A stretch of DNA of 64,000 bases from Piromyces finnis finn (GCA_002104945.1 MCFH01000001.1:2480001-2544000); one strand, 5' to 3'; numbered from the stretch's first letter, positions 13,033 through 26,977 are shown. Numbers and translations are program-made. The notes: generated from the sequence alone by a model not told the origin.

Positions 13033-14882
13033 ATGTGTCAATTAACAATTTTGTTATCACTATTATTTTTATTTTTTACTTTAAGTAATAAATATTAATT
13101 TTGTTTTTCTACTATTATTTTATTTTTGATAAAATGAAGGAACAAAAAAAAAATTAAATATAATCAAATACTTATTTCTTCATTTTTTTTTTTAAATATA
13201 CATCAAATATACAATAATATAATAATGTATAAATAGGTTATACTGTTACAATTAACACTATAGCCTATTATCAAAATGGTGCAGGTGAAACAATAGGCTT
13301 GATGGTAGATAAATTTAATAATTATGCTAGTGAAAATAATTTAGATATTGATTTAAATCTTGTTTATTTTGGAAAAACAAATTCATCGGAAACCTTTGAA
13401 TTTTATGAAAGTTTTATTGAATCTCATTTTAAAAAGGAATTTGATAAGTATGAATTAATTTTCCTAAATGATTTAACTATTGGAACTTTTGGAGAGCATT
13501 TATTAGACTTATCTGATTTTGTTTCAAAAGACCTTAGAAAATTATATTCAGGAAAATCTTATTACGAACATTGTTTCTATAAAGATAAATGGATTTCACT
13601 TGTAATATTCTTTTTTTTTTTATTATTTCTTATCATCTTTTTATTATTACCTTCATTAATACAGATTTTGTTTCGTCACTATTTTGTAGCCAATATTTTT
13701 AGATCTTACAGTATTATATTCAAATGATTTTCTTTTAAAAAAATATAATAAATCACTTCCAAAAACTTGGGATGAATTAATAGAAACCTCAAAATATATT
13801 ATAGATGAAGAACAAAAACTTGGTAATTCAATAATTGGATATAATGGCTTATTTTATGGTAAGAAATCATTATGAAACAATTAATATTTAAAAAGCAAAT
13901 AATTTAAAATACTTAAAAATATATTTTATATTTATACATTTTTTTAATTATTTATATTTATATAAGATGGTGAAGGTGGTGTTTGTTCAATATATGAATT
14001 TATAAATTCTTTCCGTAAATCAAAGGATGATGGTTTCCCAAAAGCAGATAGCGAAGAATTTGCAAGTGCATTAAAAATGATGAAGAAAATTAAAGAAGAA
14101 GTATCAAATGGTAATTAGAAATATTAAAAAAAAAAAATAAATAAAAATTTAATTTTTTATTGTACTGATATTGAAAAAAAAAAAAAACAAATTAATATGT
14201 ATAAATTAAAAGATTTTCTAAAAAAAATAAATATTTATTTATTTATTTTATATATTTATAAATGATATTTAATGTTAAACATATAGATGAACAATTTCAA
14301 AAAAATGAAGTAAATTATGAAGAATATTTATATACAAATAATTATGTATTTTCTAAATTTTGGTATATACCTGATACTGTTCTTAATTCAGATAAAAAAA
14401 TATCACTTTTACCAGGTAGAACTAGTGAACTTTCTGGATCCATTGTTGGAAGTAATGGTCTTGGTATTAATAAATATGTAACAGATGAAAGTAAGCGAAA
14501 GGCAGCTACAGAAATTATTAAATATTTTTCATCTGTTGAATTCCAAAAAGAAATGGTAATGGCATATCAATTACCTACAGGAATATCAAGTTTATACGAT
14601 GATGAAGAAGTATGTGGTAAAGTAGATTGTGAAATGTTTAAAGGTTTTCAAATGATTGCTAGACCATCAGCTAGAATAGAAAATTATGAAGCATATTCTC
14701 AGGAATTTAGAAAAAATGTATATGGTTATCTCTATGGAGATAATACAATAGAAGATACAATAGCAAAAATTACTGAATCTGAAAAATATTATATTTCTTC
14801 AGCTAATTCAAGAGTGAAGAATTTCTCATTATATTTATTTAGTGTTATGCTATCTTTTCTTTTATATATCATAGCCTTTTAA
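13033..14882 (+). CDS. Secreted solute-binding protein (periplasmic-binding-protein type II, carbohydrate SBP-like) with a C-terminal hydrophobic (GPI/TM-like) tail; 5 exons, 441 aa
   Basis: Exons 13033-13084, 13237-13601, 13690-13858, 13967-14110, 14287-14882 join in phase. Signal peptide; SBP motifs KWISLPIFLDLTVLYSN..LLKKY..LPKTWDELIE, GSIVGSNGLGINKY, AATEIIKYFSSVEFQK; C-end LYLFSVMLSFLLYIIAF. Confidence 0.8.
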
Positions 14883-16099
14883 TGGAATTAAATAAATAAT
14901 GATAGTATAAGTATATAAAAAAATTCATACTATTTTGTTTTTCATATAAAATGTTAAAAATAGATTAAAATTTTATATTGATAAAATATTTATAATTATA
15001 TTACACTCATTAAATGCTCAAAAATATATGTATTTTATATTTATTTTTTATTTTTTATTTTTTTCTTTTAAATTCAAACAATAATCATATTTATAGTATT
15101 AAATATATAATAATAATTTAAAAAATAGAAATATTGTTAAGCATAAATTAAAGGAGTATTATTTTACTTCATTTTATTTAAAAATATTTTGTATTTATGC
15201 TTTTTTATTTATGAAAAAAGATAATTTTAAACGAAAATAAAATTAAATATAACTTTTTAGTCATTTTTTTTAAAAAAAAAGAAAAAAATTAAATATGAAT
15301 TAATAGTATTATTAAAAATATATAAAATAAGGAATATTTTTAATTTTTTAATTTCACCTTCTTATTTATTAAAAAAAAATTTAAAAATATTTAAAGGGTA
15401 TATATGTAAATATGTATTTAAGATATAAACAATATAATAATTAATGTTATTTTTGATTTTTTCCTTCCTAAATAATATAAATATTTAGTAGTAACAATAT
15501 AAAAATATACTTTATTAACGATATTTATTATAATGGAGTTATCAATATTGTTAATAGGACAAGATATATATACAACTATTTATTAAAAAATAAGGCAATT
15601 TGTTTTTTATAAAAATTGTTTTTGATATTTAATATTGATTCTATGATATTATATTAACAATAAATATGATTCTAAAAAAAATATGGTCAATATATAATTA
15701 TTATTAAAAGTATTATAGTATATTCTTATTCATCCAAAAGATTTTAATTAAAGTATGATATTTTTATTACATATTTTTTGCATATCTTTAATTTTAGAAA
15801 AATAAAGACATTACTTTATTCATTATTTATTATATTTATTAAAAAAATTAAATAATATATAATATATAAAATACCATAGTCATAAATTGAAAATATTAAA
15901 TATTAATAATACTATAATATACTTTTATTTATTACAAAAAAAAAAAAAAAAGTAAAATATAATTAAAATTAAAATTTTATAATTAAATATTATATTTATT
16001 ATTTTATTGCTAGCTTTAATAAGATTTCAATATTACTTTTTTATTTTTCTTCTTATTTCTAAGTAAATATTTATGGAATCTTTTATTTGCTAAATGTAT

Positions 16100-17203
16100 C
16101 TACAACATTTTAGCATTTCCAATATCCCTTTCATTCATTTTTAATATAGATTTATTATCCTTTAAATTATTAATTAATAATTGAGTAATTTCCATATTTT
16201 TGTTCTTGGTAGCCCAATACATTGGATTTTTACCATTATATTCATCCTCTTCACTTAAATTTAAATTAATATTATTTTCTTTTGAATAATTAATCAATAA
16301 TTTAGTTAATTCAATATTATTTTCTTTAGTAGCTATAAAAAGTGGATAATCTCCAAATTCATTTGTTTTATCAATGTTTAGTGTTATATTATGTTTGTTT
16401 GCATAATCTATAAGCAATTTGACCATTTCTATATTTTTTTTATAACATGCCCAAATTAATGGGTAGTTTCTATGAATATCATCTGGGTTCAAATCCAATG
16501 TGATATTGTGCTTATCGGCATATTCATATAACAATTTTACCATTTCAATGTTATTTTTATCGGTAGCTTCTAAAATTGGGTAACATCCATATTTATTAGT
16601 ATCATTTATATTTAATACAATATTATTTTTTTCAGAATACTCCATTAATACTTTAATTATTTCTATATTATTCTTTTTACAAGCTAATAAAAGTGGAAAG
16701 CATCGTATTTTTGATTTTTCATTTATAAATAATGTAATATGATTTTCATTTGCATACTCGATTAATAATTTTAATAACTCAATATTATTATTATAGGTAG
16801 CCCAGTAAAGAGGATAATCTCTAAAATCACTTAATTCATTCAAATTCAAAACAATATTATTATGATTAGAGTATGCCATGAGTAGTCTTACGATATCAAT
16901 GTTATTTTTTATAGAAGCTAATAATAATGGATATTCTCCGATATTGCTCTTATCATTTAGATTCAATATAATTTTATTTTTTCCAGCATATTCAATTAAT
17001 AATTGGGCTATTTCAAAATTACTTTTATTACATGCCCATAGAAGAGGACACATTCCTTCATTATCTTTTTCATTCAAATCTAAAATAATTCCACTTTTAC
17101 TTGCTTTTTCCATTATTGAACGAACCTTTAAAGAATCATTATTGTCAATTGCTTTTATAATTGATTTCACATCATTTGATTCAAATAATCCAAATATTCC
17201 CAT
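16100..17203 (-). CDS. Ankyrin-repeat protein (intronless, ~39-aa repeats)
   Basis: Repeats of LNLN(E/D)K...G.YPLL.A...NN.EI.KLL.EY. Confidence 0.9.
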   Translation of the reverse strand: MGIFGLFESNDVKSIIKAIDNNDSLKVRSIMEKASKSGIILDLNEKDNEGMCPLLWACNKSNFEIAQLLIEYAGKNKIILNLNDKSNIGEYPLLLASIKNNIDIVRLLMAYSNHNNIVLNLNELSDFRDYPLYWATYNNNIELLKLLIEYANENHITLFINEKSKIRCFPLLLACKKNNIEIIKVLMEYSEKNNIVLNINDTNKYGCYPILEATDKNNIEMVKLLYEYADKHNITLDLNPDDIHRNYPLIWACYKKNIEMVKLLIDYANKHNITLNIDKTNEFGDYPLFIATKENNIELTKLLINYSKENNINLNLSEEDEYNGKNPMYWATKNKNMEITQLLINNLKDNKSILKMNERDIGNAKML

Positions 17204-19425
17204 TTTTTATTTTATTATTTTCTTTATTATTTGTTCTTTTATTTTTTTTTTTAAAAAAAAATTAAAATAACTCCTAGTCAAATAAAAATATAATTAAATT
17301 TCCTTTATTATTTTATATAATATTACAACTATACTTTTACATATAAAATAAATTTATGTATATAAAATTTTTAAAAATTTAATATTGTAAATTTCAACGA
17401 TTTCAATATGGTATTTAAGTGTACATGAATTAAAAATATGGTTAGAAATTAAGATATAGAAAATAAAGTTAGATATTACAAGTATAAAAATTATATATAT
17501 TATATTATAGAAAAGTAATTATAATGAATATATTTAAGATTACAAAGAATTGAGGATAATTTTTTGATTATGACAAATAAAAGAGTAAAAATTTATATAT
17601 GTAATATGATAAAAACTAATAATACATATATATCATTTTAATGGAATATATTTATTGAGAGATATCAAAATAAATATTTAATCTACTTTAATATTTTTTA
17701 TAAAAAAAAAAAAAAAAATAGTAGTAAAGGTGAATTTTTATTTTTTATGTACGATGTACTAATTAAATTCCTATGAAAACTTGAATATTTTCAAAACTTC
17801 AATGATTCATATTTTTATTAATAAAATACATTAAACAATGAAAATCTAGTGATATATTCACATGACTATTTTCTTCATTATTTAATTTTTATATTAATTC
17901 TAATTATAAACATAAATTTGTTTTTAAATTTTTTTCTGGATTTATTTATTGTTATCTTTTTGTTTATGTCTATAAGAAGATGGTGTAAAAGTCAATATAA
18001 TATTAATACACTTTTTATTTGATTATGCATTAATAGCAAGTATTTATGATTGCTTTAAAAATTACTTTCATATCAAGGTAGTTTTTTATCATTAATTTAA
18101 ACAAAATTTTATAGTATTAAAATTGTAATCATTGTAATGTAATGTAAAAAGAAATATATTATTGTACTTAAAAAGTAGGATATCTAAAAAAAATAAAGTT
18201 AACATGCTTTCGTGCTTAACTAAAAAAAAAAAATAAACATAAAAGCATGGAACCTTAAAAAGTTGTGTTTAAAATTTTTTAATTATTTATTCAGCTTTCA
18301 TTATAAAAATTTTATTTTATTATTAATAATATGTTCACACGTGATATACATTGATTGTATATGAATTATCATTAATTTATGTTCAATAAAATTTTTGGAA
18401 AGTGGATTTTTCATAATATATTATAAATACAAAATAGTATATGTATAATATATAACCATAGATTAGATTTTATATTAATATTGGAAAAATCAATATAATT
18501 AATTAATTATTAAATATTTAAATATTCTAAACTTTATTTAATAATTTCCTTATTTGTATAATGTCATAATTTTTAATTTTTCCATAAATCAAGATTAGTC
18601 TAGATTACTAAATAAATGAATAAATAATTAATGTGTAAATAAATAATAGATTATTCATTATTTAATATTAAATATTTATATTAAAATTATATTAAATAAT
18701 AAAAAAAATATATAATTAATTAATTAAAGTTGTATATAATATTTATTAAGTTATTAAATAATTTGTTGGTAAATCCATTTTCTGTATATTATCAACATTA
18801 TTGAATATACTACAATTTATATGATAAAATATAATTAAATATAATTTTAATATTAGATTTCTATTTATTTTATTTTATAATATATACATCAATAATTGAA
18901 GTAAAAAAAGTAAACATTTCTTCATAAATAATAAAATTGTTTAAAGCCAAAAAAAAATCATAATGTATTTATTGATGTATTATTATAGATGTTAATATTA
19001 ACAAAAAAGTGGTATTTTATACTCTATTGAATAGACTATTTTTAAGACTTTTGAATCTAGCAGTATCTCTTAAATGATCTATAAACAACATAAAATAGAA
19101 TATTCAAAGTATTAAACAATTAAAATATATATAAACTATATTTTCTATTATACCATTATTTACTCAACTTTGGGACCTTTATTTATTATTACATTATTGC
19201 TACATTTTAATTACAATGTAGGAATATTCTAATTTGATAATAAATCCATTGGTGTAATAAATGGGGAAAAAATAGAATCACATAGTAAAAATAAAATAAA
19301 ACAAGAAAAAAGACAAAACGCCAAAAAAAAGTATAATTTTATATTTTAGTATAAATATCAAAAAAATTCTTTTTAATATATTTTTTTTTTCATATTATAA
19401 TTTTTTGATTATAAATATTTAAAAA

Positions 19426-19704
19426 ATGTCTGAACAAGGTCCACCAGCTATTTTCAAGAAGTACTTCCCAGACGGTCGTCCAGAATCTTTAAAGAAGCTT
19501 TTCCCAAACGGTCCACCACCAGCCGAACTTTTCGAAGGTGATTACCCAGAAGACCAAATTCCACCAAAACTCTTAGCTCTTTTCCCAAATGGTGAACTTC
19601 CAGATGATCTTAAGATTTTCAAGGAAAACGTTCCAGAAGATTTAAAGGAATTCTTAGTTAAGACTACCAGAGCTATGAAGGCCAAGCTTGCTGCTCAAAA
19701 CTAA
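19426..19704 (+). CDS. Small 92-aa protein of unknown function with three FP(D/N)G repeats
   Basis: GC-enriched ORF in very AT-rich flanks; strongly biased codons (TTC, AAG, CCA, GAA, GGT, CTT); AAAAAATG start context. Confidence 0.8.
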   Translation: MSEQGPPAIFKKYFPDGRPESLKKLFPNGPPPAELFEGDYPEDQIPPKLLALFPNGELPDDLKIFKENVPEDLKEFLVKTTRAMKAKLAAQN

Positions 19705-21710
19705 ATACAATAAATATAGAATTAATAAAAAAAAAGTAATTTAGAATATATATATAAACATGTAAATTATTGAAATAATGTTTATAATATATATAAATTC
19801 CAAAATATTATAAACATGAATTATCATGTTAAAACAATGTAAAAAATCTATCTTAAAAAAAAAATAAATATAGAAATTATTAGATAAATAAACTTATTTT
19901 TATATTTAAATTATAAAATATTTTATTGTATCGTTGAAAGGTGTTAAAAATAAAATATTAAAAATATTTGAATTTATAAATTGAAAGGTCTTTTGAAATA
20001 AAACATTAATAATAAAAAATAGCTGTTTGGAACAAGGATAACTAGGTAATGTTTATAAAGTTTAAATATATTGTTAAATAAATAAAGTGAATTTTTTTTA
20101 GCTTATTACATATTAATGTCAAAAGAAATATATTTAGTAGTAAAAAAAAAAAAAAAAAAGAATATATATTAAGCAATTTTAAATATTTATAAACAAAGTA
20201 ACTAAATTAATTCAACATGAAAACAAGAACAGTTATATGCCCTAATATTTTAAATTATTATTTTCAATTAATACACTAAAAATTACATTTAAATAGTAAT
20301 TACTTATTGATATATTTCAAAAAGTGTTTCCATAAGAGGATGAGAACTGTAAATAAAACATCCAAATGAATGAAAGAGACAATTAGAATTTAAGTTTTAA
20401 ATAGTAAACACTATATCGTTCAAATGAATAAATAAATTCAATTTGCTTTTTTTTTTTAGAGATTTTATTTAAATTTTAGTAGATGGTTATATGTTTTAAA
20501 ATAAATAATAGTATATTAGAATAAAATATTTAATTCTTTTATTATACAAAATGTTCTTTTTTTTTTTTTAATAATAAAATTATAATAAAGCTTTTATCGG
20601 CGGTGTGATAAAAATTATTCATGGATTTCAAAGTATAATTAATTTTTCCTTTTAAATTTTTAATATTCCCTTAATAATTATTATTAGATACTATAAACAT
20701 TTATTCAATTTAACTTTACTGTATTCCTCATAAAATATTAAAAAAAAAAAAAAAAGTTTATTTAATAAAGCTTTATTATCTTTTATTTAATATAAAAGCA
20801 TAAACAATGAATACACAACAACAACAACAAAAAATACTTTTTTTATTATACAATGTTATTTGAAAAGGATACACAAAAAAGAGAAAAACAAAAACATCAA
20901 TAATACATGTAATAAAAACTATTTTTTTTTTTTTTTTTTTTTTTAATAATTTATTTATTTAGTTATATAATTAATAGTTGAAATTAGGATTATTATTTGT
21001 GAAAATAATATTAAAAGTTATTCATATATAATTATTAATATTAAATATTATAATATACATAAAATATGAATAAATACACTGTTTTGTAAAATTTTTATAC
21101 ATATTTAAAAATTTTAAATATTGTTAAATGAAAATAAAATTAATTTGTGACAATTGTTAAAGCGTATTATTCGAATTATGCTGACATACGGTTATTTAAA
21201 ATTTTAAAAACATAGATAAATAATACTAAATATAATTTTGGATTTTTTTTTTAATTTCTATAGGAATATTATTTAGTATATTTTAATAATAAAAAAAAAA
21301 AAAAAACTATTAAATAATATATTACTCTTGAATTCCTATATTTTTGATTTTGATATCATTTACTTTTTCTAATTTTTAAAATAAAAAAATTGAAAAGTTC
21401 AAAATTAATTATTGGAATGTTAAATAGATTAATATTAGTTTAATTTCTTTTTTTAATATTTATCTAATTTAAAAATAAACATTAAATACTAGTAATAATC
21501 AAAATTATATATATAATTGATTAATATTATAATTCATTTATATAGATATCGAAATCATTGATTATTATTATTATATATTTTTAGTTTTAGGTTTTTTGTT
21601 AAAAGAATGTTTTTTTTTTTTTTAATGTTTGTTTGTATTTGCGTTTGTAATTATTTGTGATTTTTGCTGATTGAATTAATGGGGTTATTAGATTTATATA
21701 TATAAATAAA

Positions 21711-23367
21711 TTAGTAACATTGTCCAAATTCTGATTGACATCCTCTTGAAATTAAACAATAACTAGTACTTTTTCCACACCAACCAAACTTACTACAACA
21801 TTGATGTGATGGACAACTACCAAATTCTTTACCACATCTTTTCATTTGAGTACTTTCTTGAGAATTTATTTGACATTGACCAAATTTCGATTGGCATCCT
21901 TTGGAAACAGAACAATATGAAGAACTCTTTCCACACCAACCATATCTACTACAACAAAAACCAGTAGGACAGTTTCCATATCCCATACCACACTTAATAG
22001 CTTGAGAGTTTTGTTGATTATTATCTTGAGATTTTTGTTGAGAATATATTTGACATTGACCAAATTCTAATTGACATCCTTTAGAAAAAGAACAGTAAGT
22101 AGAACTCTTTCCACACCAACCATACTTACTACAACATTGGCCTGATGGGCATTGACCATACCCTTTGCCACATCTATTAGATTTGATTATTACATTTTTT
22201 GAAGTTGTTTCTGATGAGACAGTAGTTTCTCTTTTTTTAAATATATTATTTATAAATCAATGAATAAAAACTATTAATAATTATGAATTTATTTTTTTTT
22301 TAATAATAATTATGACAATTGTAGTAGTTTTATTTAAATATTTTCATTAAAATATCTCAAATTTATATTTACAATTTTATAACTTTATTAAAATTCTTAA
22401 AAGATTCAAAATCTACATTACTGCCATATTGAGTTCTTTCTAAAGATCTAGTAAAGGGGTTATAGAAAAAATTATAAAAAATACATTTAATAAATTATCT
22501 TTTATTATTAAAAGTTTTAATAAATTAATTTACAAGAGTTCCAAGTCAACTAAATCATTAATTATATTAATTTCGTTTTGATTTAAAGTTACATCGGAAA
22601 TAGTTCTATAATATATTAATAATAAAACAAATTATTATTAAACAAAATATTATTAGTTTAACAGTAATAATAATAATAAAAATAAAATATATATGCTTAC
22701 ATAAATTTCAAACTTTTCAATTCTTTTAATATATTAAAGTCAACATTAGTACTTTGAAGGATAGTTCTTTTTTTTTTTTTTTATGAATGTATTAATATAA
22801 AATGAAACAATAAATATCTTTTTATATTATATTTATAATTACAATATGGATTGTTTAATAATTAATAAAAATGAGTTACATTGATGTAAGCTTATTAAGA
22901 TTTTCTAATGGTTTATAATTAACATTGGCTGTGAAATTTGATTTATAAATGTTTCTAGTATTTTATTATTATTTTTTTTTTTTTTGTTATAAATATGAAT
23001 ATTTGATATATTCAAAAAATATATTATATACATATATTTATTTAATTATATAATTATAAATATAATTGATAATATAAATAATTTACATCATTCAAACTTA
23101 CAATTTTTCAAGGTCAATATTTTTACTTATATTATCAATAAAATTTTGATTTATAATAGTAGAATCGAAATTCCTTTATTTATATCGAAAAAAAAAATAT
23201 TATAAGTAAATGAATTCAAAATTTCATTTCTATTGATTTTTAATTTTCTCATATTTATTTATAAAATTATTATTAATATATATATATACTTACAATTCCT
23301 TTTGTTCTTGGCCACAAACAAAGGAAATGAGTAAAAACAAAAAACTCAATAAATTATATATAAACAT
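21711..23367 (-). CDS. Secreted LRR protein with three C-terminal CBM18 (hevein-type chitin-binding) modules; 7 exons, 317 aa
   Basis: Exons 23367-23294, 23173-23102, 22954-22880, 22766-22701, 22605-22534, 22447-22373, 22230-21711; all introns GT-AG, phase 2. Signal peptide MFIYNLLSFLFLLISFVCG; 22-25-aa LRR-like exons (e.g. NVDFNILKELKSLKF); three CG..G.CP...CCS..GWCG....YC....GCQ..FGQC modules. Confidence 0.85.
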
Positions 23368-24613
23368 TCTTATTATTTTTTATATTCTTTATATTCAATT
23401 TTTTTTTTCTTTATTATTATGAATATAACCTTTTCTAATATTCAATTCTTTTTTTTTCTTAAACAAATTCTCAATAATATTTAAAGTTTAAAATAGAAAA
23501 TGGCAATTACATTTTAAGAGTGTAGATGAAATTCTAACCAATAATATCAATAATAATGAATTTGTGTTACCTTTGAAATTTTATTTTTTTTATGCAATAA
23601 ATGTAATAATAGTTTTCTTTAAAAGGTGAATAATTCATTAAATGAGATTATAATTATATATTCAGTTAAATAGTAAAAACAAGTTCATAGAGATTATAAA
23701 ATTAAGAAAAAAAGTGAAATACTAAGAGTTCGAATTTATATATAGTAAATAAATAAATATAAATTATAGATTTTCAATAAATCTTTATAATTAAATAATT
23801 GCTTTTTTTTTTTTTTTTTTTACTTGTTTTATTTGTTTTATTTAATTTTTTCAAACGATTTTTATTATTATTATTATAATATTAATATTAATTTATATTT
23901 TTTTTTCTTGTCCTATATATGTGTTGTTGTTGGATAGGGATGCATATATATATGAAAATGATATAGATTATTTTATTATAATTATATATCTTTTGAATTT
24001 GGTGATTGTAATTTATTAATACTTTTATTATGTAGTTGTATTCATTCATTTACTTATTTATTTACAGTAAAAGAAGTATATTTAATATATAAATATCATT
24101 TGAATTAGTAATTCCATTATTACAACAACCACAATAAGATAGTTATTATTATTAAAAAGTTGGCTATTTCTTAAATATTATGATCCAATATGTAATTATA
24201 AAAGTAAATAACTAATTATTTGGAAAGTTTATATAAAAATAAGAATAGGTTTTATTTATAAATATTAAAAGTTTTTATTCTAATACATATTGAACTATTT
24301 GCAAAGATTATGCTTTATTTTGATGGTTACACAAGAAAATTGGTTGTAAAGTTCCATCTATAATAAAAATTTTCACAATAAATGTAGTAATTTGTATTAA
24401 TTTGAAAATTTTCCTTTTTTTTTTTTTTATAAAATCAGTACTATTCAAAAAAAAAAAAAAAAAAAAAAAAAAAAGCAACTTTTAACTCGTTTTTTTTTAT
24501 TTTTCTTTCTTAAAATTTAAAACTAAAATAGTGATATCGCTTTTTAAATTTATTCTTACATCTCTTTTATTGTTATAATTTTCAAGAATAGAAATTGTTG
24601 TATTTATCAAAAA

Positions 24614-24667
<54 letters not shown>
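24614..24667 (+). repeat. (AAT)n microsatellite, ~18 units
   Basis: Directly visible. Confidence 0.9.
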
Positions 24668-24668
<1 letters not shown>

Positions 24669-25735
24669 TTAATAATAAAAAAAAAAAGAAGGTAATATCA
24701 TAATATATGTTTTATTTATTCTTATTTTCTTTTTTTCATATTTTCTTTAAGTATTATTAATAGAATAATTATTTAACTGTATTTATCCATCTATGTCTAA
24801 GTATAAAACATATAATAAAATATTCATGTAATATTTATTTATGATAATAGCTAACTATGATCAAAATATGGTTTCAAATAAACTTTTAATAGACTATGAA
24901 TTGAGAGAAGATATTACAACAATAAATATAGAAGAATTAGTTCCAAAATTAAAAAACTTAAAAGTTACAGGAATTGTAGGGAGTGAGGATGGAAATACAA
25001 ACTTATTACTATTAATATCGAATATAATCTTGTTTCTTGTTAGTTAAATAAATCTTTAATGAGTTTCAATTCTTTAATCTCATTATAAAAAACAATCATA
25101 TTGTAATATGTTTCATATTTTCCTCAATTATAATAATTGATATATATTTTATTGTTTGTTGTATTTATTTTTTCAGTATTAAAGTTTTTCGATTATTATT
25201 TATCGGTATTCATAGAATTGTGATAATATCATCTTATTCATATAAAACTTGAAAATTAATTATGGATTCCATATGTCGTTCTTTGTAAGGAATAGCCTTT
25301 TTTTCAAAGTTGTTCATTTAAGTGGTTGTTGACTATGAATATATATGATATTATTTAAAGTTTATATTCCTATAATACTATATTAAAATTATATATATGA
25401 CAAAAGGATATCGTTTTATTTCTCATGTTGTTTTTAATATTTATAAAGTATGATAATATAGTTTTTACTACCGAATTAATGGATTCTAAATTTTGTTAAT
25501 TTAAAAATTGTAAATACTAATTAATTTAAATAGGAACCAATAAGATTGAAGTTCAGTAAATAATTTGACATTTTGTATAAATTAATTTAATTTATAATTA
25601 TATGGTTATTTAATTTTATTTTATTTTTATTTTTTAAAATTTTCTTTGTCTTCTTAACAATGTATATATGAAATTTATTTATTTTTACTATTTTATATAC
25701 CCAACTAAAAATAAATAATTAGACAAATAAAAAAA

Positions 25736-26719
25736 ATGGGACTAATCGACTTTTTTTCTTTTGGATTATTAATAAATAATGAAACAGATCAACTTTTAAA
25801 TGCTATAGAATACCATAATGTGGAAAAGGTTAAAGCAATTATTGAAAGAGCAAATAAAACAGAAAAATTATTAAATTTAAATGAAAAAGATGAGAAAGGA
25901 AGGGATCCTTTTATATTAGCATGCATAAAAAATGTTGAAATTACGGAATTATTATTAGGATATGCAGAAAGTCGAAATATAGTACTAGATTTGAATGGAA
26001 AAAGCAATTTTGGAGATTATCCACTAATATGGGCGTGTATTAAAAATAACATTGAAATTATCGAACTATTAATAAGTTATGCTGATAGACATCAAATAAC
26101 ATTAATTTTGAATGATAAAAGTGAATTAGGAGATTATCCTCTATATTGGGCATGTAATAAAGATAATATTGAAATAGCTAACCTATTAATAAATTATGCA
26201 AATAGTCATCAAATATTATTAAATTTGAATGAAACAAATGAATTAGGTGACTATCCTCTTTTGTTGGCTTGTAGAAAAAATAATTATGATATGATAAAAT
26301 TACTAATGAGTTATTCGGAAAAACACCAATTATTATTAAATTTAAATGAAAAAAACAAAGATGGTCTTTACCCAATATTGGAAGCAACTTATAATAAAAA
26401 TTCTGAAATTGTAAAATTATTAATTGAATATTCCAAAAGAAATAATCAAGTTTTAAATTTAAATGAGAAAGATAATTGGGGAAATTATATATTAACCTTA
26501 GTTATTAAAAATAATGATATAGAAGTAGCAAAATTATTATTTGAATATGCTGAAGAAAATAGTATTATTTTAAAATTGAATCAATATGATATTGAAAAAT
26601 TTACAAATATAAGGAATGAAATTAATGATTTATTAAATAAATATGAAAAAATAATATATAAATATTTTGGTGAGAATAGTTATTCAATTCAACCTTCAAA
26701 AGATACAATTTTAATATGA
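25736..26719 (+). CDS. Ankyrin-repeat protein, paralogue of 16100-17203
   Basis: Same repeat type (LNLNEK..GDYPL..AC.KNN.EI..LLI.YA); similar N-terminus (MG...F, AI...., KV..I.E.A.K). Confidence 0.9.
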   Translation: MGLIDFFSFGLLINNETDQLLNAIEYHNVEKVKAIIERANKTEKLLNLNEKDEKGRDPFILACIKNVEITELLLGYAESRNIVLDLNGKSNFGDYPLIWACIKNNIEIIELLISYADRHQITLILNDKSELGDYPLYWACNKDNIEIANLLINYANSHQILLNLNETNELGDYPLLLACRKNNYDMIKLLMSYSEKHQLLLNLNEKNKDGLYPILEATYNKNSEIVKLLIEYSKRNNQVLNLNEKDNWGNYILTLVIKNNDIEVAKLLFEYAEENSIILKLNQYDIEKFTNIRNEINDLLNKYEKIIYKYFGENSYSIQPSKDTILI

Positions 26720-26977
26720 TTTTTTTTTTTTTAGAAAATAAATAAAAAACATATATATAAAGATGTTTTATTTAATAAAAAAAAAATAATAATAAAAATA
26801 AATAATGATTTTTAGATATATATATATTTATGTTATTTATTTATTTTTTTCAATGCACGTGTACCATAATATATTAAGTACTGGAAAATAATATACAGAC
26901 ATTATATTTTGTAAATTAATTCACATATTATTTTAATTAATAAATAAAAATATTCATGTTTGTTGTATAGTATTTGT

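Noticed and set aside
24841-25340. Coding-like patch (68-aa + ORF and minus-strand fragments such as KAIPYKERHMESIINFQ)
   Set aside because: May be a decayed transposon or pseudogene, but it has stops and no motif I can identify
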